A DNA stretch of 64,000 nt. Origin: Nitrospinaceae bacterium. GTDB taxonomy: Bacteria > Nitrospinota_A > UBA7883 > JAJDBK01. The position numbers and the translations under genes are program-made. Below are positions 18,443 to 28,170 of the stretch, in pieces (position 1 is the stretch's first letter; the number at the start of each line of letters is the position of its first letter). The notes below the pieces were generated by a model. It was given only the letters and a program-made list of their open reading frames with translations, did not search any database and was not told the DNA's origin. The DNA is taken from the NCBI GenBank assembly GCA_029261405.1, contig JAJDBK010000057.1, positions 1,906-65,905 of the forward strand, written 5' to 3'.

Positions 18443-21306
18443 TTTCCGTCAGCCTTATACGAAACAACGTTCGGGCGCTCCATCACCTGTTTCGGCGGTT
18501 TGAGTGGTTTAAACTGCGGCAATGAACCGGCTTTATCCGCTTTGTAGATTTTTACCCGCAGGTCAAACCATCCGGCTTGCCCTGTTATCGGATCGGAGTT
18601 TGATATCCGCTCTTCCATATTGTCCGGGTTGCCTATCTCTTCACTTATCAGGTGGTTGAGCAGAAATCCTTTCTGTACCTCGTCCACTTTCGGATCAAGG
18701 TTCCACGCGCCAGCCATCTTGCCAATGCCGTTCCAGGTCCATACCGTGTCGGGCTGGACTGCGTTGGAGAGTTTTATCTGGACCCTGATTTTCTTGTCGT
18801 GAGCCGATTCGACCCAGACCCAATCCATATCGACAAGCCCCAGTTCTTTAGCCTTGATCGGGTTTATATAGAGAAAATTCTGGCCGATTATCTGCCGTAA
18901 CCATGCGTTTTGCGAGTCCCACGAATGATACATCGGCATAGGTCTCTGGGTAATGGCGTGGATCGGGTACTCTTCGGTGTCGATAGACTTGTCTTCCAGC
19001 GGTTTGTACCAGAAGGGTAACGGATCGAAATAACGGCTGACTCTCTTGCGTTGCGCGTCAGTGGCCGGTTGACGACCGGGCCTTTGACCCTTGGCGGCCA
19101 GACGAAACCTTTGCAGAACCTCCGAGTAGACCTTCATGATAATCGGCTCGTTGTAACGGATCAGCTTATGGTCGAGCGCCCAGTTGAGGTATCCCCGGTT
19201 GATGTTCCTGTTCCACTGCAACGCCTCTTCTAACTCAAACTGGAAAAAACAGTCGTTCTTGATATACATATCCCACTGTTTTTCGTTCGGCTCGCCTACG
19301 ATATGATCGGTTCCATCACCTCTCCAGCCAGCCAGGAAGCCTACAGGAGTATCGGGCGCAACGGTCCAATTGGTTATCATGTCCTTATACCCGCTAAACT
19401 TCGGATTCCCTTTGTCGTCGCAAAAACCTTGCAATTTCAGCCTGTTGGCAAGTTTAATCAACGTCTCCTGAAAAGGTTCGCACCCTTCCGGTGGATCGAT
19501 AATCGGTTGCCTTATAGCGTCCACCACGCTGTTGTAATCGGAGATTGGCCGGTCGAGCAGGCTGATTACATCGTATCTTTCGAGATATGTAGTGTCGGGA
19601 AGTACCAGATCCGCATACGCCACCTGCTCGGAAAAGAAAGCGTCCGAGACAATGATGAACGGTATCTTATACTCACCATTAAAATCCTTGGCTCCGAGCA
19701 TGTCGATGGTTTTGCTTGTATTCATCGACGAGTTCCACGCCATGTTGGCCATAAAAAGGATCAGCGTGTCGATTTTGTACGGATCACCCTTATATGCGTT
19801 GGTAATGACATTTTGCAACATGCCGTGAGCCGTCAATGGGAAATCCCACGAAAACGCCTTGTCGATTCTGACCGGCGAGCCATCCGGGTATACCATCAGG
19901 TTTTCAGGTTTTGTGGGGAAACCGAGTTCAGGGTTTGGCAACGGTGTGTTCGGTTTTATAAGGTCGGGGTCGTCAATCGGTTTAGGACAGGGGGGAATCG
20001 GTTTCGGAAAGGGTGGTTTATGCCGGAACCCGCCCGGTCTGTCGATAATTCCAAGAATCATCATCAGCGAAGAGAGGGCGCGAACGGCCTGGAAACCGTT
20101 GGAGTGGGCGGCCAATCCCCTCATGGCATGGACCGAAACCGGGTTTCCGGTCACGGTTTTGTGCTGTTTACCCCATGCGTCGGTCCATTCTATAGGGAGG
20201 GTGACACTTTCGTCCCTTGCCGTCACACCCAACTCAAAAGCGAGTCTTTCTATAGTCTCTTTCGGGATAGTGGTGATTTTGGAAACCTTATCGATGTTGT
20301 ATTCGGCCAGAACGCGCTCTTTTAATAACTGGAACGATGGTTTTACATGTTTGCCATCCGGCGTTTTATACGAGCCTGTCAGAGCCGGTTTCACACCCTT
20401 GGCCCCGAACGGTTTTACGCTTTGCGTAACCTCGTCCCATACGAAGTTACCGCCCAGATCGTCATCCTTCACCCCGTCTTCCCGCCAGAAAAGACCTTCA
20501 TCCTCTCCGCCCTGATCGGTAACCACCAGTTGTGCGGAGTTTGTGCGGGTCAGCAGGAACTCGTCGTCGTAAAGACCGTTTTTTATCAATACGTTGAGTA
20601 TTCCCATGATGAATGCGCCATCGGTTCCCGGTTTGATCGGGACCCACTCGTCCGCCACGGCGCCGTAACCCGACCTGACCGGGTTTATCACTACGACCTT
20701 GGCGCCCCGCTCCTTGAGTTTACCCAAGCCTATCTTGAATGGGTTGGAGTCGTGATCCTCCGCAACACCAAATAAAATCAGGTATTTAGTCCGGTCCCAA
20801 TCGGGGCCACCAAACTCCCAACCAGTCCCGCCGACCGAATAGATCATGCCGGTTGCCATGTTCACAGAGCAGAAACCTCCGTGCGCCGCGAAGTTGGGGG
20901 TTCCGAACTGCTTGGCCCAATAAGATGTGAGCGCCTGCATCTGGTCGCGCCCGGTGAAAAACGCCAGTTTTTTCGGATCTTCGTTTCGGATCTTTTTCAG
21001 ACGTTCGGTCATGATGTCGTAGGCGCGTTCCCACGATATCTCCTCGAACTGGCTATCTCCCCGGTCGGTCCCTTTTTTTCGAAGGAGCGGTTTGGTCAGT
21101 CGGGCGGGGCTTGCCTGTTTCATGATTCCGGCGGAGCCTTTGGCGCAAAGGACACCACGATTAGTCGGGTGAGCCGGGTTCCCTTCTATATAACGTATCT
21201 TTCCGTTTCTGAGGGTAACCCTGATGCCGCATCGGCAGGCGCACATATAACAGGTGGAGTATTTTACCTCCTCGACATCATCCGCTGTATCTTTTTCAGT
21301 TGTCAC
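18439..21306 (-). CDS. soeA: Molybdopterin oxidoreductase catalytic subunit, SoeA-type sulfite dehydrogenase
   Basis: TCYMCACRCGI, FFTGRDQMQA, AAHGGFCSVN, HAMRGLAAHSNGFQ, MYHSWDSQNAWLRQI; no Tat signal. Confidence 0.88.
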   Translation of the reverse strand: MTTEKDTADDVEEVKYSTCYMCACRCGIRVTLRNGKIRYIEGNPAHPTNRGVLCAKGSAGIMKQASPARLTKPLLRKKGTDRGDSQFEEISWERAYDIMTERLKKIRNEDPKKLAFFTGRDQMQALTSYWAKQFGTPNFAAHGGFCSVNMATGMIYSVGGTGWEFGGPDWDRTKYLILFGVAEDHDSNPFKIGLGKLKERGAKVVVINPVRSGYGAVADEWVPIKPGTDGAFIMGILNVLIKNGLYDDEFLLTRTNSAQLVVTDQGGEDEGLFWREDGVKDDDLGGNFVWDEVTQSVKPFGAKGVKPALTGSYKTPDGKHVKPSFQLLKERVLAEYNIDKVSKITTIPKETIERLAFELGVTARDESVTLPIEWTDAWGKQHKTVTGNPVSVHAMRGLAAHSNGFQAVRALSSLMMILGIIDRPGGFRHKPPFPKPIPPCPKPIDDPDLIKPNTPLPNPELGFPTKPENLMVYPDGSPVRIDKAFSWDFPLTAHGMLQNVITNAYKGDPYKIDTLILFMANMAWNSSMNTSKTIDMLGAKDFNGEYKIPFIIVSDAFFSEQVAYADLVLPDTTYLERYDVISLLDRPISDYNSVVDAIRQPIIDPPEGCEPFQETLIKLANRLKLQGFCDDKGNPKFSGYKDMITNWTVAPDTPVGFLAGWRGDGTDHIVGEPNEKQWDMYIKNDCFFQFELEEALQWNRNINRGYLNWALDHKLIRYNEPIIMKVYSEVLQRFRLAAKGQRPGRQPATDAQRKRVSRYFDPLPFWYKPLEDKSIDTEEYPIHAITQRPMPMYHSWDSQNAWLRQIIGQNFLYINPIKAKELGLVDMDWVWVESAHDKKIRVQIKLSNAVQPDTVWTWNGIGKMAGAWNLDPKVDEVQKGFLLNHLISEEIGNPDNMEERISNSDPITGQAGWFDLRVKIYKADKAGSLPQFKPLKPPKQVMERPNVVSYKADGK

Positions 21307-21488
21307 TTTTCACACCGGGGGGGGGAGGTCAACATTGCCTGCAACCTGAGCATAGATTATTATTTATGCTAATGTTAGAGGTGAAATTGGTAAATTTCCA
21401 ATAGTTTTTTTTTATATACTCATAATCGGTCGGGTTTAAAGAACCTGCGAGATTCTGGGGAAAAAGGTGAAAAAGGATCATTTTTCTC

Positions 21489-21597
21489 TAATGCTCCTTT
21501 CTCCTGATACCGATAAAGAACCAACAAGCGGATAGAATAAGAAAAAAAGAGATTCTTTTCCGGTTTCCCTAAAGTCTGGAGAGGGAAATGCCGATAG
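21489..21597 (+). promoter_or_regulatory. Sigma-28 (FliA) promoter(s) upstream of flgM
   Basis: TAAAGTCT-N12-GCCGATAG at 21570-21597; weaker TAAT-N16-ACCGATAA at 21489-21516. Confidence 0.7.
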
Positions 21598-21686
21598 GAT
21601 TAGCAAGGAGTGGCTTGGAGCCCGCCCGGAATGTATAATCCGGGTTGACGTTACCACATTTGCATGGTGAAAGGAGGCGATATCAG

Positions 21687-22004
21687 ATGATTAAGGTTAC
21701 GGGATCGGATCACAACCTGAATCAGAACAAGGTTGATGAATCCAGGCGACGTGATAGCGCCGTAACAAAGAACACGGCGAAAGCGGCCACCAACCCGACT
21801 GCCGCAAAAACAGCGGAGACTGTTGCAGTATCGGGAATGGCGCGCGAAGTTGGCAAAGTAAGCGCCCAGGTAAAGAACGTACCTGATGTCAGGCGTGAGA
21901 AAGTTCAGGCTATCAAGGAGAAGATCGACAGCGGAAAGTATTTCGTATCGAGCAACGACATAGCCGGCAAGATGATCGAGGATATCGTGCGGCAGGGCAA
22001 ATAA
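21687..22004 (+). CDS. flgM: Anti-sigma-28 factor FlgM
   Basis: AGGAGG RBS; V.VS, PDVRREKVQAIKEKIDSGKY.V...IA.KM. Confidence 0.92.
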   Translation: MIKVTGSDHNLNQNKVDESRRRDSAVTKNTAKAATNPTAAKTAETVAVSGMAREVGKVSAQVKNVPDVRREKVQAIKEKIDSGKYFVSSNDIAGKMIEDIVRQGK

Positions 22005-22059
22005 TTGTTTAGATTACAATTTTGCCGCCGCACGAGGTTTTCTTGCCCCAAGAACAGGT

Positions 22060-23331
22060 TTAGTTCAGACTTTCAGCGATAATTCGCTCGTTCTCGTCCG
22101 AGATCGGCCCCACCGCCAATAACGAGCATCCTTTTCCCGCAATTTCAAGTTCTTCCGATAAATCCTTCACGCTCTTGACCGTTACCGCTTTTATCTCGTC
22201 CAGACTCTCCTGGAGAGACATAATCGCGCCGAAATAGATTTTTTGCTCCGCCAGATCGTACATTCTCGATGCGGGTGACTCGTGCGACATGATTATATTG
22301 TCGGTCTCCATAGTGATTGCCCGCTTGATCTCTTCAGGTGTGGGTCCGATGGAGCGGATAATGGCCATCTCTTTTCTAATGGTCTTTATCATAGGTATCA
22401 GCTTCTCCTTTGAGCAGGCTGAATAGATGGAGAAAAAACCAGCGCTCCGGTACTGTTCGTAAAAGGAGGAGATCATATAAGCCAGTCCCATCTCCTCACG
22501 AATCCGTTGGAATAGCCTTGAAGAGACACTGGAGCCTAAGATGTTATCTAGAATCGCAATCTCACCTCGCCTTGAGTCAGCTATGGGAGGGGCGGGTCCG
22601 GCCAGAAGAAGATGGACCTGCTCCAAATCTTTGCGGAAGATTTTAACAGACTGTTTATATTCCGGTTTTCCGGGTGAATCGGTAACAGGCTTTTGTGACA
22701 GGTTTCCGAAACAACGTTCAACAGCCTTTACGAGCCTGTTTGTGTCGATACCGCCACATGCTGTGATTATTATTCCGGGTGGTTTATAAAAACGTTCGCG
22801 GGCTGAGATAAGGTCGTCCCATCCGATATTCTCAACTGTCTCTTTTGTGCCTGTAATGCTGTTTCCGAGGGGATGACCGGCCCATATGGCCTCATACGTC
22901 TGGTCCTGAATGAATTCTGAAGGGTTGTCCTGACTCATCCTGATCTCTTCGAGGATTACACTCCTCTCCCGCTCCATCTCGTTTTCGGGGAATGTGGAGT
23001 TCAACACAATATCAGCCACGAGGTCGAAGGCTGTGCCAAACCTTTCCGAAACCACATGGCCGGAGTAACAGGTCGCCTCACGGCTGGTAAAAGCGTTAAT
23101 GTGGCCCCCCAACTGGTCAATGGCGACTGCGACTTCACGTTGCCCCATCCGGTCGGTCCCTTTGAAGGCCATATGCTCAATGAAATGGAAGAGTCCAGAC
23201 TTCTCTTTTTCTTCGTTGACGGAACCTGCGGTGAACCAGATCCCGAAAGAGACCGATTGGAAAAAGGGGATCGTCTCACAGATCACGGATATACCGTTGA
23301 CCTGTTCGGCCCTTACGACTCTGTCTGTCAT
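22060..23331 (-). CDS. M16-family zinc peptidase
   Basis: HFIEHMAFKGT (HxxEH), NAFTSRE, SSRLFQRIRE; downstream of pnp. Confidence 0.94.
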   Translation of the reverse strand: MTDRVVRAEQVNGISVICETIPFFQSVSFGIWFTAGSVNEEKEKSGLFHFIEHMAFKGTDRMGQREVAVAIDQLGGHINAFTSREATCYSGHVVSERFGTAFDLVADIVLNSTFPENEMERERSVILEEIRMSQDNPSEFIQDQTYEAIWAGHPLGNSITGTKETVENIGWDDLISARERFYKPPGIIITACGGIDTNRLVKAVERCFGNLSQKPVTDSPGKPEYKQSVKIFRKDLEQVHLLLAGPAPPIADSRRGEIAILDNILGSSVSSRLFQRIREEMGLAYMISSFYEQYRSAGFFSIYSACSKEKLIPMIKTIRKEMAIIRSIGPTPEEIKRAITMETDNIIMSHESPASRMYDLAEQKIYFGAIMSLQESLDEIKAVTVKSVKDLSEELEIAGKGCSLLAVGPISDENERIIAESLN

Positions 23332-23384
23332 TCCGGATTATTCACGTTGAAGAATAACCCGGAACAGATCAGATTCACTATTTG

Positions 23385-25652
23385 TTAACGTCTGCGGTGG
23401 TCTCTGTCTCCACCACCCGGGCCACGCCCACCGCCGGGGCGTCCTCCACCAGGGCGTCCTCCACCGGGGCCACCGGGACGTCCGCCGCCGCGCGGCCTGC
23501 CGCCATCTTCACTACCTGGACGAGGAGCGCCCTCACCACCTTCGGGCGGCTGTCTTCTCGAAGAGCCACCCTCCTGGGCTTCCTTTCGAGAGAGTCTGAT
23601 CTTGCCCTGCGGGTCTATCGATAGGACTTTAACCAGAACCTCGTCGCCCAGAGCCAGTTCGTCTTCTACCTTGTTGACCCTGTAATCGGCCAGTTCACTG
23701 ATATGGCACAGGCCGTCGGTTCCGGGGAAAATTTCCAGGAATGCGCCAAAATCGACGATCCTGCGGACTGTACCGACATAGATCTTGCCCGGTTCAGCCT
23801 CCTGGACAATGGCGTTGATTATGTTGAGCGCCTCCTCCATCTTGGCGCGGTCAGACGAGAAGACGCGTACCACACCCTCGTCGTTAACATCGACCTGACA
23901 ACCGGTCTCGGCAACTATGCCTTTGATCACTTTTCCGCCGGGTCCGATGAGAGCTCCGATCTTCTCCGAGTTTATCTTGATGGTCTCAATTCTGGGAGCG
24001 TGTTCTGAAAGGTCGGTACGATGGGATTCGAGAGCTGTGGCCATGGTGTCCAGAATGCTCAGACGTCCCTCTTTAGCCTGGGTAAGCGCGGCGCTGAGAA
24101 GTTCGACCTTCAGCCCGCCTTTAAGTTTGATGTCCATCTGGACAGCTGTAATGCCATCTTTTGTGCCAGCAACCTTAAAATCCATATCGCCCAGCGCGTC
24201 TTCCAACCCCAGAATGTCGGTAAGGATAGCGACCCTGTCACCATCCTGAACCATTCCCATGGCGACTCCGGCGACAGCCGATTTTATCGGCACACCCGCA
24301 TCCATAAGGGAGAGGGAGCCGCCGCATACGGAAGCCATCGACGAAGAGCCGTTCGACTCAAGGATCTCTGACACAATACGAATTGTGTAGGGGAAATCTT
24401 CATTTTTCGGAAGTACAGGCTCTAACGCCCGCTCCGCCAATGCGCCATGACCAATCTCCCTCCGGCTAACGCCCATCATGCGCTTGACTTCACCGACACA
24501 GAAGGGGGGGAAGTTGTAGTGCAACATGAATTGCCTGTTCACTCTTCCTTCGAGCTTGTCCTGAATCAGCTCATCCTTGCTGGCGCCCAGAGTGGTGGTG
24601 ACCAGAGCCTGAGTCTCGCCCCGTGTAAAGAGCGACGAACCGTGAGTCCGGGGAAGAGCGTCTACCGCTATGGTGATATCCCTGATTTCGTTGGTTTTTC
24701 TCCCGTCGGCCCTGATCCCTTCGCTTAAGATCATCTCCCGGATAACCTTTTTCTGGGCTGTACCGTAAGCCTCTTTTAAAACCGATTTCCTCGAATCGTC
24801 GTCATCATCTCCGAGCAGTCCGGCGATGATCTCATCCCTGCAAGCTTTCTGGGCGGCTGAACGCTCAAATTTGCCTGTGGTGAGGGAAGCTGTGCGAATG
24901 GCGTCTTTACCCTTTTCGAGGATTGTGGCGACATCGGCGCCGTGGTCTGCAACCGGAACCGCCATTTTCGGTTTTCCCACCTTGTCGGCAAGCTCCCGTT
25001 GCATGGCGCATATCTTCTTTACATATTCATGTCCGAATTCCAGAGCGGCGACCAGATCCTCTTCCGATATTTCGTTTCCGCCACCCTCCACCATGGTCAG
25101 AGACTCTTCAGTTCCGGCCAGGATCAGCATGAGATCAGACTCTTCAATCTGCTCCAACGTCGGGAAGACCACGAATTCGCCATCGACTCTTCCGACCTTC
25201 ACACCGCCTATGGCTTTGGTAAACGGAATTTGTGAGATCAGAAGTGAGGCGGAAGCGCCGTTCAAGGCCAGGATCTCGGTCTCGTTCTCGTAGTCGAAAG
25301 AGAGCGGATTGACTATGATCTGCGTCTCGTGGGCGTATCCCTCCGCAAACATCGGCCTGAGGGATCTGTCGATAAGCCGGGAGAGGAGAGTCTCACGATC
25401 AGAAGGACGGGCCTCCCGTTTTAAGAAGCCGCCCGGTATTCTTCCTGCGGAGGCTGTTTTGTCACGGTAATCTATGGTCAGGGGAAGAAAGTCGGCGCCT
25501 TCTCTCGGTTTGTCGTCACATGCCGCCGTAGCCAGCACCATCGACTCCTCAAGGCCAACAACAGTGGCTCCAGCGGCCTGACGCGCCAACACGCCTGTTT
25601 CTATAAAGAAGGTTTTTTCACCTATTGCTAATTCAACTCGTTCTGGTTGCAT
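23385..25652 (-). CDS. pnp: Polyribonucleotide nucleotidyltransferase
   Basis: [37 protein letters not shown] and S1 domains; Gly/Arg/Pro-rich tail. Confidence 0.98.
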   Translation of the reverse strand: MQPERVELAIGEKTFFIETGVLARQAAGATVVGLEESMVLATAACDDKPREGADFLPLTIDYRDKTASAGRIPGGFLKREARPSDRETLLSRLIDRSLRPMFAEGYAHETQIIVNPLSFDYENETEILALNGASASLLISQIPFTKAIGGVKVGRVDGEFVVFPTLEQIEESDLMLILAGTEESLTMVEGGGNEISEEDLVAALEFGHEYVKKICAMQRELADKVGKPKMAVPVADHGADVATILEKGKDAIRTASLTTGKFERSAAQKACRDEIIAGLLGDDDDDSRKSVLKEAYGTAQKKVIREMILSEGIRADGRKTNEIRDITIAVDALPRTHGSSLFTRGETQALVTTTLGASKDELIQDKLEGRVNRQFMLHYNFPPFCVGEVKRMMGVSRREIGHGALAERALEPVLPKNEDFPYTIRIVSEILESNGSSSMASVCGGSLSLMDAGVPIKSAVAGVAMGMVQDGDRVAILTDILGLEDALGDMDFKVAGTKDGITAVQMDIKLKGGLKVELLSAALTQAKEGRLSILDTMATALESHRTDLSEHAPRIETIKINSEKIGALIGPGGKVIKGIVAETGCQVDVNDEGVVRVFSSDRAKMEEALNIINAIVQEAEPGKIYVGTVRRIVDFGAFLEIFPGTDGLCHISELADYRVNKVEDELALGDEVLVKVLSIDPQGKIRLSRKEAQEGGSSRRQPPEGGEGAPRPGSEDGGRPRGGGRPGGPGGGRPGGGRPGGGRGPGGGDRDHRRR

Positions 25653-25741
25653 CGAAGATTCCCTTAATATTTGGATGGCGCTCCGGCCTTGGTTGGCCGT
25701 GAGTCGGGTAGAGCGTGATGGTCGAAGACCCCGGGCACAGG

Positions 25742-26011
25742 TTAACGCCTGATGCCGAGGGCCTCGATGATGGTTTTATAACGACCAAACTCCTTGCCAC
25801 GAACGAAGTCGAGGAGGCGGCGGCGTCTGCTGACAAGTTTTAACAGGCCGCGCCGGGAGTGATAATCTTTTTTATGTGATTTGAAGTGTTCTGTAAGCTG
25901 TGTGATCCGCTCGGTCAACAGGGCAATCTGCACTTCTGGCGAACCTGTGTCGCTTTCAGTGTTCCTGTTTTTCTCGATGATTTCCGTTTTTCGCTCTTTA
26001 ACGAGAGCCAT
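25742..26011 (-). CDS. rpsO: 30S ribosomal protein S15
   Basis: [25 protein letters not shown]; start MALVK at 26011. Confidence 0.98.
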   Translation of the reverse strand: MALVKERKTEIIEKNRNTESDTGSPEVQIALLTERITQLTEHFKSHKKDYHSRRGLLKLVSRRRRLLDFVRGKEFGRYKTIIEALGIRR

Positions 26012-26199
26012 GTTTTTCCACCTTCTATCGTCGGAACCTGTCAAAGGTCCGCTTTATATATATCGGACTGCCCCTTCAAAAGGACTCAGCCCCGCAAGAA
26101 GCCCTATGCCCCTTACCCAACTTTTCTGTTTTCCATTCGGAAGATGAGATTTTTACCAGATTCTAAAGATAATTGCAAAGGTTTTCGACTAATGCGCGT

Positions 26200-26428
26200 T
26201 CATGAAGACTCCGGTTTCATCCTCTCCCCTGCGAAAATGGTCACGTCATGATCCACAGTGTGGGTGATGAACCAGATCTTCACGAACTCGATTATCTCTT
26301 CCAGGGAAATGGCGCCGACTATAGCGCGCTGGATCTTGTGGTTCAGTTCCAGTTTCAGGGCGGGATGGGGCTTCTTGCTCTTCAAGCCCGATCAACCCGG
26401 TCTTGTGGATGATGTTCTCCTCCGACAA
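26200..26428 (-). pseudogene. Internally deleted/frameshifted bacteriohemerythrin remnant
   Basis: One frame gives KTGLIGLEEQ (cf. TG...IDEQH); the adjacent frame gives EFVKIWFITHTVDHD (cf. FL..WL..HI...D). Middle is missing. Confidence 0.55.
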
Positions 26429-26446
26429 TCAGACCTTCACACTATT

Positions 26447-27253
26447 CTACTCTCTCGGGTCGATTATATCCCTTAATCCATCGCCCAGGAAGTTAACTCC
26501 CAAAACCGCCACCATAATGGCTAGACCGGGAAAGGTGGTCATGTGTGGCGCTATCAGCAAAAACTGCCGACCCTCGGCCAGCATTGCGCCCCAACTCGGT
26601 GTGGGTGGTTGCACTCCCAGCCCCAGAAAACTGAGACCAGCTTCGGCTATGATTGCCGACGCAACCCCGAAGGTCGCCTCCACTGTGACAGGCGCCACTA
26701 CATTCGGAAGAATATGAAAAACCACGATTCTCAGATCACTCGCGCCAAGACTCCGGGCCGCCAGAACAAACTCCCGTTCCCGTAGCGATAAGACCTGCCC
26801 ACGCACAAGGCGGGCGAAACCGGTCCAACCCATAATAGACAGGGCGATAATCACGTTATTAAGGCTCGGCCCCAGAATCGCCATCACCGCAATTGCCAGC
26901 AGGATGCCGGGAAAAGCCAGAAATATGTCGGTAACCCGCATCACCACCTCGTCAACCTTGCCACCCGCATACCCGGCAAAAGCCCCGATAAACGTTCCAA
27001 CAACAACCGACACCGTCACAGTGACGAACCCGACGGTGAGCGAGACCCGTGCGCCGTGGATTATTCGGCTAAGGATGTCCCGCCCCAGCCGATCCCGGCC
27101 CATGATATGTTCCGTACCCGGATCTTCGAGTCCGGCGTACAACTCCTGCTCCAGAGGTGAATAGGGCGAAACCAGAGGCGCCAACATTGCCGTGAAGATA
27201 AATAGCAGAGTCACTACGACGCCAAAGATAAAAGTTGTCGGCAATCGGCTCAT
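26447..27253 (-). CDS. Peptide/nickel ABC transporter permease (DppC/OppC-like)
   Basis: GRDRLGRDILSR..HGAR.SL, EAA loop FVLAARSLGAS, GLGVQPPTPSWG. Confidence 0.93.
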   Translation of the reverse strand: MSRLPTTFIFGVVVTLLFIFTAMLAPLVSPYSPLEQELYAGLEDPGTEHIMGRDRLGRDILSRIIHGARVSLTVGFVTVTVSVVVGTFIGAFAGYAGGKVDEVVMRVTDIFLAFPGILLAIAVMAILGPSLNNVIIALSIMGWTGFARLVRGQVLSLREREFVLAARSLGASDLRIVVFHILPNVVAPVTVEATFGVASAIIAEAGLSFLGLGVQPPTPSWGAMLAEGRQFLLIAPHMTTFPGLAIMVAVLGVNFLGDGLRDIIDPRE

Positions 27254-28170
27254 CGCAGTCTCACTCTCGGATCGACAAACGAATAGAGGATATCAACAAC
27301 GATATTGACAAAAGTGTACGACAACGCGATGGCAAGAACACACCCTTGCACAAGTGGATAGTCCCGGGCGTTTATCGCCTGAATAGTCAGCCGCCCAATA
27401 CCGGGCCACGAAAAAATCGTCTCAGTGATAATAGCGCCGGCGAGGAGGGCGCCGAGTTGTAATCCGGCCACAGTCACTACAGGCAGAAGGGCGTTTCTCA
27501 ATGCGTGTTTGAACAGGACGACGTAATTTTCCAGCCCTTTGGCGCGGGCTGTGGTTATGTAATCTTCACCGAGCGTATCAATCATGGTCGCTCTCGTCAG
27601 TCGTGACAAAATAGCGGCCATGGCCGTACCCAGCGTTATAGCGGGCAATACCAGACTCTCAACACCTCCCCGGCCCGATACCGGAAACCATTTCAGGTCG
27701 ATGGCGAAAAAGATTATCAGAAGGGGGCCGATCCAGAAACTCGGCATGGAGACCCCGATCAACGAAAGGGCCATACCTACACGATCAACTACAGTATCCT
27801 TTCTCGCCGCCGCCATTACGCCGAGGGGAATAGCGAGCAGGATGGCAAGAGCCATCGACGCCAAGGCCAGCTCCACTGTCGCCCCGTACCGTGTACTTAT
27901 CGATTCCGCCACTGAACGGCCTGTGTATATAGAATTCCCCAGATCAAACGAGACCACGTTCAGAAGAAATTTTGCGTACTGCTCCAGGACAGGCTTATCA
28001 AGCCCCAACTCACTGCGCAAAGACTCCATGTCGGCAATGGTCGCCGACTCGCCCAGCATGATCGCCACCGGATCACCCGGTGTCATGTGGATAATCAGGA
28101 ACACCATGGTCACCACGCCCCACGCCACAGGAACAGCCAGCAGAAGTCTCCGGGTTATGTATGCTTTCAT
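27250..28170 (-). CDS. Peptide/nickel ABC transporter permease (DppB/OppB-like)
   Basis: PGDPV, GLDKP, DYITTARAKGL, ETIFSWPGIG, RDYP. Confidence 0.93.
   Translation of the reverse strand: MKAYITRRLLLAVPVAWGVVTMVFLIIHMTPGDPVAIMLGESATIADMESLRSELGLDKPVLEQYAKFLLNVVSFDLGNSIYTGRSVAESISTRYGATVELALASMALAILLAIPLGVMAAARKDTVVDRVGMALSLIGVSMPSFWIGPLLIIFFAIDLKWFPVSGRGGVESLVLPAITLGTAMAAILSRLTRATMIDTLGEDYITTARAKGLENYVVLFKHALRNALLPVVTVAGLQLGALLAGAIITETIFSWPGIGRLTIQAINARDYPLVQGCVLAIALSYTFVNIVVDILYSFVDPRVRLR

Noticed and set aside
19303-20325. 340-aa plus-strand ORF
   Set aside because: Antisense to soeA; no recognisable features.
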